The notes under the pieces: generated by a model
What the model was told of the DNA's origin: nothing
Database searches by the model: none
What the model saw: only the letters and a program-made list of their open reading frames with translations
Made by a program: the position numbers and the translations under genes
Shown: positions 1-9,181 of the stretch, piece after piece
Layout: each line of letters opens with the position of its first letter
Position numbering within the stretch: the first letter of the stretch is position 1
DNA from: an uncultured Candidatus Cloacimonadota bacterium
Lineage (GTDB): Bacteria > Cloacimonadota > Cloacimonadia > Cloacimonadales > JAJBBL01
DNA length: 64,000 bases
Direction: 5' to 3'
Assembly: GCA_964490765.1 (NCBI GenBank)
Contig: CAZBDV010000004.1
Span: forward strand, 17,439-81,438

Positions 1-82
1 ATAAGGGTATCAGGATTAAATATATTGACGGATAAAGTCAGTAAGAGAAAATAAAAAAAACTACGATAGTGGAGGTAATGTG

Positions 83-1750
83 ATGAAGTTAGTAGAATGT
101 GTTCCGAACTTCAGTGAAGGACGTGATCATAAGGTTTTGGATGCAATATCGGGAGAGATCAAAAAGTTCAACAATGTTACTCTTCTCGACGTTGATCCCG
201 GAGCTGATACTAACAGAACTGTATATACCTTTGTTGGTGAACCTGAAGCAGTAATAGAAGCCGCATTTCAGGCGATAAAAAAAGCAGCAGAACTGATCGA
301 TATGTCGAAGCACGAAGGAGCTCATCCCCGGATGGGAGCCACCGATGTCTGCCCCCTGGTTCCGGTTAGTGATATAACAATGGAAGAGACAGTGGAGTAT
401 TCCAAAAAACTTGCCAGACGAGTAGGTGAGGAATTGAATATTCCGGTATATCTCTATGAATATGCCGCTACAAAAGAGGAGTGGCGAAACCTTGCCGAAG
501 TGAGAAAAGGAGAATATGAAGCACTTCCAGAGAAGCTGAAGGATTCATACTGGAAACCCGATTTCGGGCCGGCAGAATTCAATGTCAGAGCGGGAGCAAC
601 GGCGATTGGTGCCAGAGAGTTTCTCATCGCTTATAATATCAATCTGAACACAAGAGACAAGAAGAAAGCGACCAATATAGCCAAGAAAATCAGAGAACGA
701 GGATATCCCAAGCGTGATGAAAACGGGAAACTGGTAAGAGATAAGGATGGCAAAAAGGTTATGGAGCCAGGAATCTTTTCTCACTGTAAAGCTGTAGGTT
801 GGTATATTGACGAATATAACAGGGCTCAGATCAGTATGAATCTGACCAACTATAAAGTTACACCCCCTCATATTGTTCTGGAAAAGGTCAGGGAAATCGC
901 ACAGGAGGACGGCATTGTCGTTACTGGAAGTGAACTTGTCGGTCTTATTCCCAAGGATGCATTGATCAAAGCCGGTAGATTTTATCTCGATAAGATGGGA
1001 GAAACTGATGGTATCCCCGACGAGATGATCATTGAATCCGCCATCCAATCGATGGGGCTGGCAGAGTTAGCTCCGATTGAGCTCGATAAGAAGGTGATAG
1101 AATATAGTATTGCCAGGAAAGATAATCTGGTCAATCTGAAGATAAAGGATTTCGTGGATCTCCTCTCAACTGATGAACCGGCTCCCGGTGGTGGAAGTGT
1201 TGCAGCATTATGTACTACCATTTCGGGTGCTCTGACGGCAATGGTTGCCAATCTGACCTTCGGGAAAAAGGGTTACGAGAAGCACTGGCCGGAGGTTAAA
1301 GAACTCGCCGTTAAAGGACAGGAGGTCAAGAATCGTGCTCTGGCTGCTATTGATAAAGATACCGACAGCTTTAATATGTTGATGGATGCCATGCGTCTTC
1401 CCAAAAAGAGCGAAGAAGATAAGGCTCAAAGAGATAAGGCAATCCAGGAAGCAACCAAGCAGGCGATCTATGTCCCGCTCGAAACTCTGGAACTCTCTTT
1501 GCAGGCAGTGGAGCTCTCTGCTAGGATTATGAAGATAGGTAACGAAAATGCGCTCTCTGATGCCGGTGTTGCTGCTATTACAGCTCACGCTGCTGCCAAA
1601 GGAGCATTCTATAACATCAAGATCAATATGCCCGGTATAACCGATGAAACATTTGTAGAAGAAGTTTCCACCAAGGCCGAGCGTCTGGTCGAGAAGATAG
1701 GGTCGATCTGCTCTGAGGTAGAAGCCGCACTGAAAGAGGTTTTGCGCTGA
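83..1750 (+). CDS. ftcD: bifunctional glutamate formimidoyltransferase / formimidoyl-tetrahydrofolate cyclodeaminase (FTCD-type fusion)
   Basis: ORF 80..1750. The N-terminus MKLVECVPNFSEGRD is the signature start of glutamate formiminotransferases. The C-terminal ~200 aa helical part (EPAPGGGSVAAL...) looks like the cyclodeaminase domain. GGAGG at 71-75 favours ATG 83 over GTG 80. Confidence 0.9.
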   Translation: MKLVECVPNFSEGRDHKVLDAISGEIKKFNNVTLLDVDPGADTNRTVYTFVGEPEAVIEAAFQAIKKAAELIDMSKHEGAHPRMGATDVCPLVPVSDITMEETVEYSKKLARRVGEELNIPVYLYEYAATKEEWRNLAEVRKGEYEALPEKLKDSYWKPDFGPAEFNVRAGATAIGAREFLIAYNINLNTRDKKKATNIAKKIRERGYPKRDENGKLVRDKDGKKVMEPGIFSHCKAVGWYIDEYNRAQISMNLTNYKVTPPHIVLEKVREIAQEDGIVVTGSELVGLIPKDALIKAGRFYLDKMGETDGIPDEMIIESAIQSMGLAELAPIELDKKVIEYSIARKDNLVNLKIKDFVDLLSTDEPAPGGGSVAALCTTISGALTAMVANLTFGKKGYEKHWPEVKELAVKGQEVKNRALAAIDKDTDSFNMLMDAMRLPKKSEEDKAQRDKAIQEATKQAIYVPLETLELSLQAVELSARIMKIGNENALSDAGVAAITAHAAAKGAFYNIKINMPGITDETFVEEVSTKAERLVEKIGSICSEVEAALKEVLR

Positions 1751-1796
1751 GCATAAATGCTCTGATAACCGATAGAACCAGGAAGATGAGTTTGAA

Positions 1797-2504
1797 ATGA
1801 ATCGTAAAACAGAGATAGTGTTTATCCTTGTCGAACCTGCCTATCGGGGTAATATCGGAGCAGCAGCGAGAGTAATCAATAATTTCGGTTTCTCTCAACT
1901 CCGGTTGGTCGGAGCGGTTCCTCAAAAAGAGGATCACTACCTGGCTTTCCATTCAGAAGAGATAATGAAGAGTATAGAGGTCTTTGACGATCTGAATTCT
2001 GCCCTGCAAGATACTGGTGTGGCAATTGCCCTGACACGAAGGTCGGGAAGAAAGAAGAAGACCGATCTGGAAGTCAGAGAGTTAAGAGAATTCATAATCG
2101 GCCTGCCGAGAGGGAAGACTGCTCTCGTTTTTGGCCGAGAAGCATACGGCCTGAAGGATGATGAGATAGCTTTGTGTCCGATTAGGTGTGAGATCCCGAC
2201 TGATGAAGGATTTGGTTCTTTGAACCTTGCTCAGGCAGTGGCAATTGTAGCTTATGAACTCTTCAGGGCTAACCGGCAGGATAATCCGAAGGGAAAGCTT
2301 GCCGAACAGAGTAGCATAGATAAGAGCGTTGGCAGGATAATCAGGATGCTAACCTCTATTGGTTATTTCAAGACGGGAGAACCGAAAAAGGTGGAGAAAA
2401 GGTTACAGAGTATTCTGTTACGAAACTATACCGGTGACGAGGATTTACGTTTTCTGGACAGGATGTTTCAGAGGATCGAGATTCTCTTTTCCGGAAGAGA
2501 ATAA
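1797..2504 (+). CDS. SpoU/TrmH-family RNA 2'-O-methyltransferase (TrmJ-like)
   Basis: 235-aa ORF. N-terminal VFILVEPAYRGNIGAAARVINNFGF and later ALVFGREAYGL...LNLAQAVAIVAYEL are typical SPOUT class (TrmJ/LasT) motifs. Confidence 0.8.
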   Translation: MNRKTEIVFILVEPAYRGNIGAAARVINNFGFSQLRLVGAVPQKEDHYLAFHSEEIMKSIEVFDDLNSALQDTGVAIALTRRSGRKKKTDLEVRELREFIIGLPRGKTALVFGREAYGLKDDEIALCPIRCEIPTDEGFGSLNLAQAVAIVAYELFRANRQDNPKGKLAEQSSIDKSVGRIIRMLTSIGYFKTGEPKKVEKRLQSILLRNYTGDEDLRFLDRMFQRIEILFSGRE

Positions 2505-2540
2505 ACAGGAATATACAGATAACAATATATTGGAGGATTT

Positions 2541-3683
2541 ATGGACTATTTCTTAACTGAAGAGCAGTTGGAGATTAAAGAGATCAGCAGGAAGGTTGCT
2601 GAAGAGAAGGTCAAACCTTTACGTGAAAAATATGACGAAGAGGGAATATTTCCCTGGGATATGGTCGAAGTTTTTGCCCAGACTGATCTATTCGCCGTAC
2701 TGGTCCCGGAAGAATATGGCGGTATCAGTGGTAAAGTTATGGACTTATGTATCGTTACAGAAGAGCTCTGCCGAGTCTGTGCAGGCATTTCTATGGCTAT
2801 GGGTGCTACAGGACTGGGACTTTATCCCATTCTCCTCTCCGGATCCGAAGAGCAGAAACAGAAATATCTCCCTGCAATTGCTGACGGTAAGAGACTGGCA
2901 GCCTTTGCCGTGACAGAAGCTAACGCCGGATCCGATGTCGGTGCTATCGAAACGACAGCTACACTCGATGGTGACCACTACATCCTCAATGGGACAAAAC
3001 AGTGGATCACAAACGGGGGAGAGGCTGAGATCTACACAGTGTTTGCTATCACCGACAAAACAAAGGGTGCTCGTGGTGCTTCCTGTTTTATAGTAGAAAA
3101 AGGAACACCGGGATTCTCTTTCGGTAAGAAGGAGAATAAGATGGGTATCAGAGCCTCTGCTACTAGAGAATTGATTTTTGAAGATTGCCGCATTCCCAAA
3201 GAGAACCTGATCTCGAGAGAGGGGTTGGGCTTTATGATTGCTATGAAGACTTTCGACAAATCACGCCCCATGGTAGCTGCTCAGGCAGTTGGAATTGCCC
3301 AGGGAGCTTACGAAGAGGCTGTCAGATATTCCAAAGAGAGAAAACAATTCGGCAAACCGATCTCCTCTTTCCAGGCACTTCAGTTCATGCTGGCAGATAT
3401 GGCAACTCAGATAGAAGCAGCAAGAGCACTGGTTTACTCCACTGCGAGAATGATCGATAGCGGCAGTAAAAAATTCAGTAAAGAGTCGGCTATGTGTAAG
3501 TATTACGCTTCCGATATGGCTATGAGAGTCACTACCGATGCAGTCCAGATCCTCGGGGGATACGGATATATGAAAGAGTACCCTGTAGAGAAGATGATGC
3601 GTGATGCCAAGATCACTCAGATCTATGAAGGAACAAACCAGATACAACGCTCTATCGTAGCGTCACATCTGCTGAAAGACTAA
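2541..3683 (+). CDS. acyl-CoA dehydrogenase (short-chain / butyryl-CoA dehydrogenase-like)
   Basis: 380 aa, the canonical ACAD length. Motifs AFAVTEANAGSD, KQWITNGG, and C-terminal YEGTNQIQRSIVA with the catalytic Glu context. GGAGG RBS 7 nt upstream. Confidence 0.9.
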   Translation: MDYFLTEEQLEIKEISRKVAEEKVKPLREKYDEEGIFPWDMVEVFAQTDLFAVLVPEEYGGISGKVMDLCIVTEELCRVCAGISMAMGATGLGLYPILLSGSEEQKQKYLPAIADGKRLAAFAVTEANAGSDVGAIETTATLDGDHYILNGTKQWITNGGEAEIYTVFAITDKTKGARGASCFIVEKGTPGFSFGKKENKMGIRASATRELIFEDCRIPKENLISREGLGFMIAMKTFDKSRPMVAAQAVGIAQGAYEEAVRYSKERKQFGKPISSFQALQFMLADMATQIEAARALVYSTARMIDSGSKKFSKESAMCKYYASDMAMRVTTDAVQILGGYGYMKEYPVEKMMRDAKITQIYEGTNQIQRSIVASHLLKD

Positions 3684-3705
3684 TAGAGATATAAGAGCTA
3701 TAGAT

Positions 3706-3739
3706 GAGAAGACACATTACTTCGTAATGTGTCTTCTCT
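3706..3739 (+). terminator. perfect 15-bp stem hairpin downstream of the acyl-CoA dehydrogenase gene (no clear U-tract)
   Basis: GAGAAGACACATTAC ttcg GTAATGTGTCTTCTC read directly at 3706-3739, 23 nt after the stop codon. Confidence 0.5.
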
Positions 3740-3999
3740 GTATATACCCTCTCTTTCCCTTTTTCTATACTTTAATCCCTTTGTCAAAATTCTTGTGATA
3801 AAACAAAAATACATTTAGGTGCAATTTCACTGTTGAACTGAAAGGGGACAGGAATGGCTTTGTGAGTGAGTCATATTGCCATCGTCAAAATACTTTAAGC
3901 GGTAGTATTTAATAAATACGAAAACTGTTCCGACTTATCTTGACAAGAAAACCTTAGAATTAAATTAAGAGTGTATAAAGACAAACTACGGAGGAAGTA

Positions 4000-5334
4000 A
4001 TGACGTTTAAGGATTTCATGGCCAAGGTTGCAGCTCGAAATCCGGCCGAACCGGAATTCTTGCAGGCAGTAGAAGAGGTAGTAGAGACGATTTGGGATGT
4101 ATATAACTCGGAACCACGTCTCGTTAAAGCAAACATTTTAGAACGCATTGTAGAACCTGAAAGGGTAATCATGTTTCGTGTTCCCTGGGTTAATGACAAG
4201 GGTGAAGTTCAGGTGAATCGTGGTATCAGGGTTCAGTTCAACAGTGCTATTGGCCCATATAAAGGGGGATGCCGTTTCCATCCGAGTGTAAATCTCTCCA
4301 GCTTGAAGTTTCTCGGTTTCGAGCAGATCTTTAAAAACAGCCTGACAACCCTGCCTATGGGTGGTGGAAAAGGTGGAGCAGATTTCGATGCCAAGGGAAA
4401 ATCAGAACAGGAGATCATGCGTTTCTGCCAGGCTTTTATGACAGAGCTTTATCGTCATATCGGCCCCGATCTTGACGTACCTGCCGGTGATATCGGTGTT
4501 GGTGGAAGAGAGATCGGATTTATGTTTGGTATGTATAAAAAGCTGAAAAACGAATTTACGGGTGTATTTACAGGCAAAGGCCAGAACTGGGGTGGAAGCC
4601 TTATCCGTCCGGAAGCTACCGGTTTTGGTGTCGTGTATTTCACCGAGCAGTTATTAAAAGCTCAGGGTGATTCCATAGAGGGTAAGACTGTAGCTCTATC
4701 TGGATTTGGTAATGTCTCCTGGGGTGCCTGCCAGAAGGTTAATGAGCTTGGAGGAAAGGTCGTAACCCTGTCCGGTCCCGACGGTTATATCTATGATAAA
4801 GATGGTATCTGCAGCGAGAAGATCGATTATATGGTCGAATTAAGAGCATCCAATAATGACCGAGTTTCTGACTATGCCGATAAGTTCAAATGTGAATTCT
4901 TCCCCGGAAAGCGGCCATGGGAGGTCCCTGTTGATATAGCTATGCCTTGTGCTATTCAGAACGAACTTAATCTGGACGATGCCAAGAATCTGGTAAAGAA
5001 TAACGTTAAAGCTCTCGTAGAAGGTGCTAACATGCCGTGTACACCGGAAGCTATAGAGTTATTACAGGAGAACAAGGTTCTCTTCGCACCGGGTAAAGCA
5101 GCCAATGCAGGGGGTGTTGCTACTTCTGGACTGGAGATGACTCAGAACAGTATGAGACTCAAATGGCTCCGTGAAGAGGTTGATGAGAAGCTGCAGAGAA
5201 TAATGACCTCGATCCATGATCAGTGTTTAGAATATGGTAAGCGATCAGACGGGTATATCGATTACATCAAGGGGGCTAATATAGCAGGATTCCTGAAGGT
5301 TGCCAATGCCATGGTTGACCAGGGTGTCATATAA
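4000..5334 (+). CDS. gdhA: NAD(P)-specific glutamate dehydrogenase
   Basis: 444 aa. Motifs KGGCRFHPSVNLS, LPMGGGKGG (catalytic Lys region) and GFGNVSWGA (Rossmann). GGAGG RBS upstream. Confidence 0.95.
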   Translation: MTFKDFMAKVAARNPAEPEFLQAVEEVVETIWDVYNSEPRLVKANILERIVEPERVIMFRVPWVNDKGEVQVNRGIRVQFNSAIGPYKGGCRFHPSVNLSSLKFLGFEQIFKNSLTTLPMGGGKGGADFDAKGKSEQEIMRFCQAFMTELYRHIGPDLDVPAGDIGVGGREIGFMFGMYKKLKNEFTGVFTGKGQNWGGSLIRPEATGFGVVYFTEQLLKAQGDSIEGKTVALSGFGNVSWGACQKVNELGGKVVTLSGPDGYIYDKDGICSEKIDYMVELRASNNDRVSDYADKFKCEFFPGKRPWEVPVDIAMPCAIQNELNLDDAKNLVKNNVKALVEGANMPCTPEAIELLQENKVLFAPGKAANAGGVATSGLEMTQNSMRLKWLREEVDEKLQRIMTSIHDQCLEYGKRSDGYIDYIKGANIAGFLKVANAMVDQGVI

Positions 5335-5404
5335 GCTAAGATGGAGAAGGAACGATAGCTCTTCTTGAGAGCTGAAGTACAGTTATAATACAGTTAAATT
5401 AAGG

Positions 5405-5429
5405 GGCTGCCTGAGAGCAGCCTTTTTTT
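5405..5429 (+). terminator. rho-independent terminator of gdhA
   Basis: GGCTGC ctgaga GCAGCC followed by T7 (5423-5429). Confidence 0.8.
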
Positions 5430-5484
5430 ATTGCTAATATGAGTTATCTGTGAAAAGTGGTTTGATAAAGAAATGGGAGTTGAG

Positions 5485-6246
5485 ATGAATAATCATATCC
5501 AGGAGTCAGCAAAAATTGGTGAAGATACACTGATAGGTATTAACTCTATTATTTTAGATGACGTGATCATCGGGAAAAACTGCCAGATCGGGCACAATGT
5601 TATAATCTATGAAGGAACGGTAATCGGAGACGGTGTCAGGATAGATGATAATACAATTATCGGTAAGAAACCGATGCGCTCTCCACGAAGTATCTTTCAG
5701 GACGAGACGGTATTTCAACCGGCAAAAATCGGAGACAATTGCCTGATCGGAGCAAATGTTATCATATATGTCCAATCGGTTATAGGTAAGCGGAATCTGA
5801 TAGCCGATATGGCCACAGTCAGAGAAAATTCGGAAATTGCCGATTACAATATTATTGGTAGAAACGTTACTATTGAAAACTTTGTTAAAATAGGTAGCCG
5901 GAATAAAATCGAGACTAACAGTTATATCACCGCTTATTCGGAGCTGGGAGATTATTGCTTTATCGCACCCTGCGTGGCAACGAGTAATGATAATTATATG
6001 GGCCGAGATAAAGAGCGGTTCAAACACTTCAAGGGTATAAAGGTTAAATCGGGGGGTCGTATAGGAGTTAATGCAACAATACTTCCTGGTAAGACGGTCG
6101 AAGAGGATGGGATGGTAGCAGGAGGAGCGGTTTTAACCAGAGATCTACCGGCGAGAGAGATCTGGGCAGGGAATCCGGCACGCTATTTCAGAGAGGTAGA
6201 TGAAAAGCAGTTGAAAGAAAACAACCTCGATCCCGTTAAGAAATAA
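5485..6246 (+). CDS. hexapeptide-repeat (left-handed beta-helix) acyl/acetyltransferase
   Basis: The ORF 5473..6246 is full of [LIV]-G-x4 hexapeptide repeats (IGEDTLIG, IGKNCQIG, IGDGVRID, IGDNCLIG ...). ATG 5485 is preceded by GGGAG. The substrate cannot be determined. Confidence 0.7.
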   Translation: MNNHIQESAKIGEDTLIGINSIILDDVIIGKNCQIGHNVIIYEGTVIGDGVRIDDNTIIGKKPMRSPRSIFQDETVFQPAKIGDNCLIGANVIIYVQSVIGKRNLIADMATVRENSEIADYNIIGRNVTIENFVKIGSRNKIETNSYITAYSELGDYCFIAPCVATSNDNYMGRDKERFKHFKGIKVKSGGRIGVNATILPGKTVEEDGMVAGGAVLTRDLPAREIWAGNPARYFREVDEKQLKENNLDPVKK

Positions 6247-6250
6247 GTAT

Positions 6251-6991
6251 ATGAAGGAAAAGAGAACGGGTCGAGAGATGAAAGCACTGGTAATTACCCC
6301 CACTTATAATGAGGCAGAGAATATAAACCGTCTGGTTGATGAGGTGTTATCCAAAGATACTTCACTGGAGTTATTGATAATCGATGATAATTCACCCGAC
6401 GGTACAGCAGCTATAGTCGAAGAGATCAGAGAGAAAGAACCACGATTACACATCATCAAGCGTCCTGGAAAACTCGGGCTCGGATCTGCTTATATCACTG
6501 GTTTCAAGTTTGCACTGAAGAACGATTATGATTATATCTTCGAAATGGATGGTGATTTATCGCACGATCCCGGGATACTCCCGGTTATGCTCAAGGAGAT
6601 AGAAAATAACGATCTCGTAATTGGATCAAGATATATTCCAGGAGGTTCTGTATTAAACTGGCCAATAAGAAGATTACTTCTGAGCTATCTTGCTTCCAGG
6701 TATGTCAGGCTTATTACCGGTATGCCGATTAAGGATCCGACGAGCGGATTCAAATGCTACCGGAAAGAGGTTTTACAGGATCTGGACCTGAACAGGATCA
6801 TGTCGGATGGCTACGCATTTCAAGTCGAGGTAAAGTATAGAATCTGGCGGAAGAAATACCGTATAAAAGAGATTCCAATAATATTTTACGACCGGGTGAG
6901 TGGCCATTCAAAGATGTCCCGAAAGATAGTATATGAAGCTATCTGGATGATATGGCGGTTGAGATTCCTCGCTCTGATTGGTAAGCTATGA
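6251..6991 (+). CDS. GT2-family polyprenol-phosphate glycosyltransferase (dolichol-phosphate mannosyltransferase-like)
   Basis: ALVITPTYNEAENI, IIDDNSPDGT and EMDGDLSHDP (DxD/ED motifs) are typical of Dpm1/Ppm1-like GT2 enzymes. A start at the second Met (6278) is also possible. Confidence 0.8.
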   Translation: MKEKRTGREMKALVITPTYNEAENINRLVDEVLSKDTSLELLIIDDNSPDGTAAIVEEIREKEPRLHIIKRPGKLGLGSAYITGFKFALKNDYDYIFEMDGDLSHDPGILPVMLKEIENNDLVIGSRYIPGGSVLNWPIRRLLLSYLASRYVRLITGMPIKDPTSGFKCYRKEVLQDLDLNRIMSDGYAFQVEVKYRIWRKKYRIKEIPIIFYDRVSGHSKMSRKIVYEAIWMIWRLRFLALIGKL

Positions 6992-8334
6992 AGATAGAGC
7001 AAAACAGTATTCTTCCAGAACTAAAAATAGAAAAGATAGTTCATAAGGGGATGGGGTTAGGATATTATAACAGCTCACCTATCTTCGTCTATCAGGGAAT
7101 ACCAGGCGATGAAGTCACGGCAAAAGTGATCCACAAGAGGGGAAATGTCTTTTTCGCTGAGATCATAGCGTATAAAACCCGATCTGACTATCAGATCACT
7201 GTTGAATGTCCGGTTTTCGATGTTTGTGGAGGTTGTGACTGGCTACATATCAGTTACGAGCAGCAATTGAAATTCAAACAGTCTATAGTAGAGGAATTCT
7301 TTCGTCCTCTCTGTTCTAACGGCTGTAATATAGACAAGATCAACCCTTCAACACGAATCAATAATTACAGAAATAAGGTCCTTCTCCCGGTAAAGCAATC
7401 GCATGAAGGACTGATTGCCGGTATGTATGCCAGAAGAAGTCACGATATCATTCCTCATGACAACTGCTATCTTCAACCAGGAAAGTCTGACGAAATAGTG
7501 AAAACAGCACTCCGCTTGATGAACAAAGCGAAGATAACCGCTTATGATGAGAAAAGCAGGAGAGGGCTTCTGAAGCATATCGGTCTTCGTTATTCTTTTG
7601 CCGAGGATAGATATCTCTTGATATTGGTTACCAGCGGAAGTAAACTCCCATTTTCTAATGTAATCTGTAATGAATTGCTCAAACACTATCCTCGAATCAG
7701 TGGTATCGTGCAGAACATTAACCGCAATTTGACCAACAGAATTCTGGCAGATGAGACAAAATTGTTATACAGGAGCGAATACCTGACAGAAAAGATCGGA
7801 GAGTATTCATACAGGATCCACTATTCCTCCTTCTTCCAGGTCAATACTGCTCAGACAGAAGCGATGCTGAATCATATCAGAGAGCTGGTGAAACCTGATG
7901 AAGTCGTTATAGATGCTTATAGCGGGATAGGAACTGTAGGGATTTATCTGGCCGAAAGAGTGAAGAAAGTGTACTTTCTGGAACAGTATGAACCGGCTGT
8001 CGAAGATGGAGAAGAGAATTGCCGGATCAACAACCTCAGTAATTGTTTCTTTGTTAGCTGTAAAGTTGAAGACGAGATTGACAGGATCATCAGGAAGATC
8101 GCTCCCAGTACCATAGTGCTGGATCCACCCCGTAAAGGGATTGATAGAAATATCATAGACTCAATATCTGCAGGCAGTATCAGAAAGGTTATCTATATCA
8201 GTTGTGATATCGCTACTCAGAAGAGAGATCTGAGTCTGTTAATAGAGCGCGGTTTCCAGTTAGCCAGTATCAAACCTTTCGATATGTTCCCACACACCTA
8301 TCATATAGAAAACGTCACCCTGCTTACAAGATAG
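6988..8334 (+). CDS. rlmD: 23S rRNA (uracil-C5)-methyltransferase, RumA/RlmD family (TRAM + Fe-S + SAM MTase)
   Basis: N-terminal TRAM-like region, Cys cluster CPVFDVCGGCDW...C, FFQVN motif, SAM-binding DAYSGIGT, and C-terminal VLDPPRKG...YISCD...F. ATGA overlap with the upstream gene. Confidence 0.85.
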   Translation: MKIEQNSILPELKIEKIVHKGMGLGYYNSSPIFVYQGIPGDEVTAKVIHKRGNVFFAEIIAYKTRSDYQITVECPVFDVCGGCDWLHISYEQQLKFKQSIVEEFFRPLCSNGCNIDKINPSTRINNYRNKVLLPVKQSHEGLIAGMYARRSHDIIPHDNCYLQPGKSDEIVKTALRLMNKAKITAYDEKSRRGLLKHIGLRYSFAEDRYLLILVTSGSKLPFSNVICNELLKHYPRISGIVQNINRNLTNRILADETKLLYRSEYLTEKIGEYSYRIHYSSFFQVNTAQTEAMLNHIRELVKPDEVVIDAYSGIGTVGIYLAERVKKVYFLEQYEPAVEDGEENCRINNLSNCFFVSCKVEDEIDRIIRKIAPSTIVLDPPRKGIDRNIIDSISAGSIRKVIYISCDIATQKRDLSLLIERGFQLASIKPFDMFPHTYHIENVTLLTR

Positions 8335-8346
8335 GGAAGTGAGTAC

Positions 8347-8992
8347 ATGATCAGGAGCAGATTTTTTTCAGAGAGACTCTTGATCGCTTTATTAATTATA
8401 CTCTTGAACCCGGGCTGTGCAAGATCAGAACCTTCTTACGAAGATTTTCTTCCAATTGATACTACATATCCGGAACAACAGATGTTGAGCAATGAACCTG
8501 AGATATTCCTGAGTGATAAGAATTCTCACTTCACAATCCGTCCAAGAGCAAGTTATCGTATAGGGGCAGTAGTTAGAAGCAAGAAAGCTTACAGGTCAGA
8601 CCAGTTTTCCGAGATATCTCCCTATGATCTGTCCCTCGTCTGGGGATTTCTTTCTGACGAGCATTTCTACAAACAGGTAAAGATCTATCAGGGGGGGGAG
8701 ACGTTACTTCTTCAGGCCTAAGAGAGGATCACAATTGTCGATTGATTGGATCTTCCTTAACTCGGCTAATCACCATATTGTTCCTGCTAACGATAACATC
8801 AGACAGGGTGTAGCTTCTATCAGAACTAACGACAGGATAGAAATGGAAGGATATCTGGTAGATGTATATGCTAATGTCAAGGGTAACACATATAACTGGA
8901 ATACCAGCCTTTCACGAGACGATAGAGGTGATGGATCTTGCGAGATCCTCTACCTCAAGAAGCTTAAGGTCAACTATCGAGTTTATGAATGA
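8347..8992 (+). pseudogene. lipoprotein gene interrupted by a frameshift in a G8 tract (ORFs 8347..8721 and 8735..8992)
   Basis: Lipobox LLNPGC at the N-terminus. G8 lies at 8691-8698. Frame 2 is open from the G tract into the second ORF, and deleting one G gives a continuous ~214-aa protein. Confidence 0.65.
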
Positions 8993-9181
8993 TCTCTTAA
9001 GAATACGGTGAAATATCAACCCCATAACACTGTTTTAACAGCCCCGTTCATTAAATTAGTATTTGACAAATACCGCTCACTGAGAGATTTGTAATAAAAA
9101 GGCAGACATATAGTTAAGACTATATAACAATACGTAACTCAGTTACTATCCATTAAGCTTAACATAAACAAGAGGAGTATT

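Noticed and set aside
8735-8992. Treating the 85-aa ORF as an independent gene starting at TTG 8735.
   Set aside because: It has no RBS, its frame is open upstream back to the G8 tract, and the fused product reads as one coherent protein.
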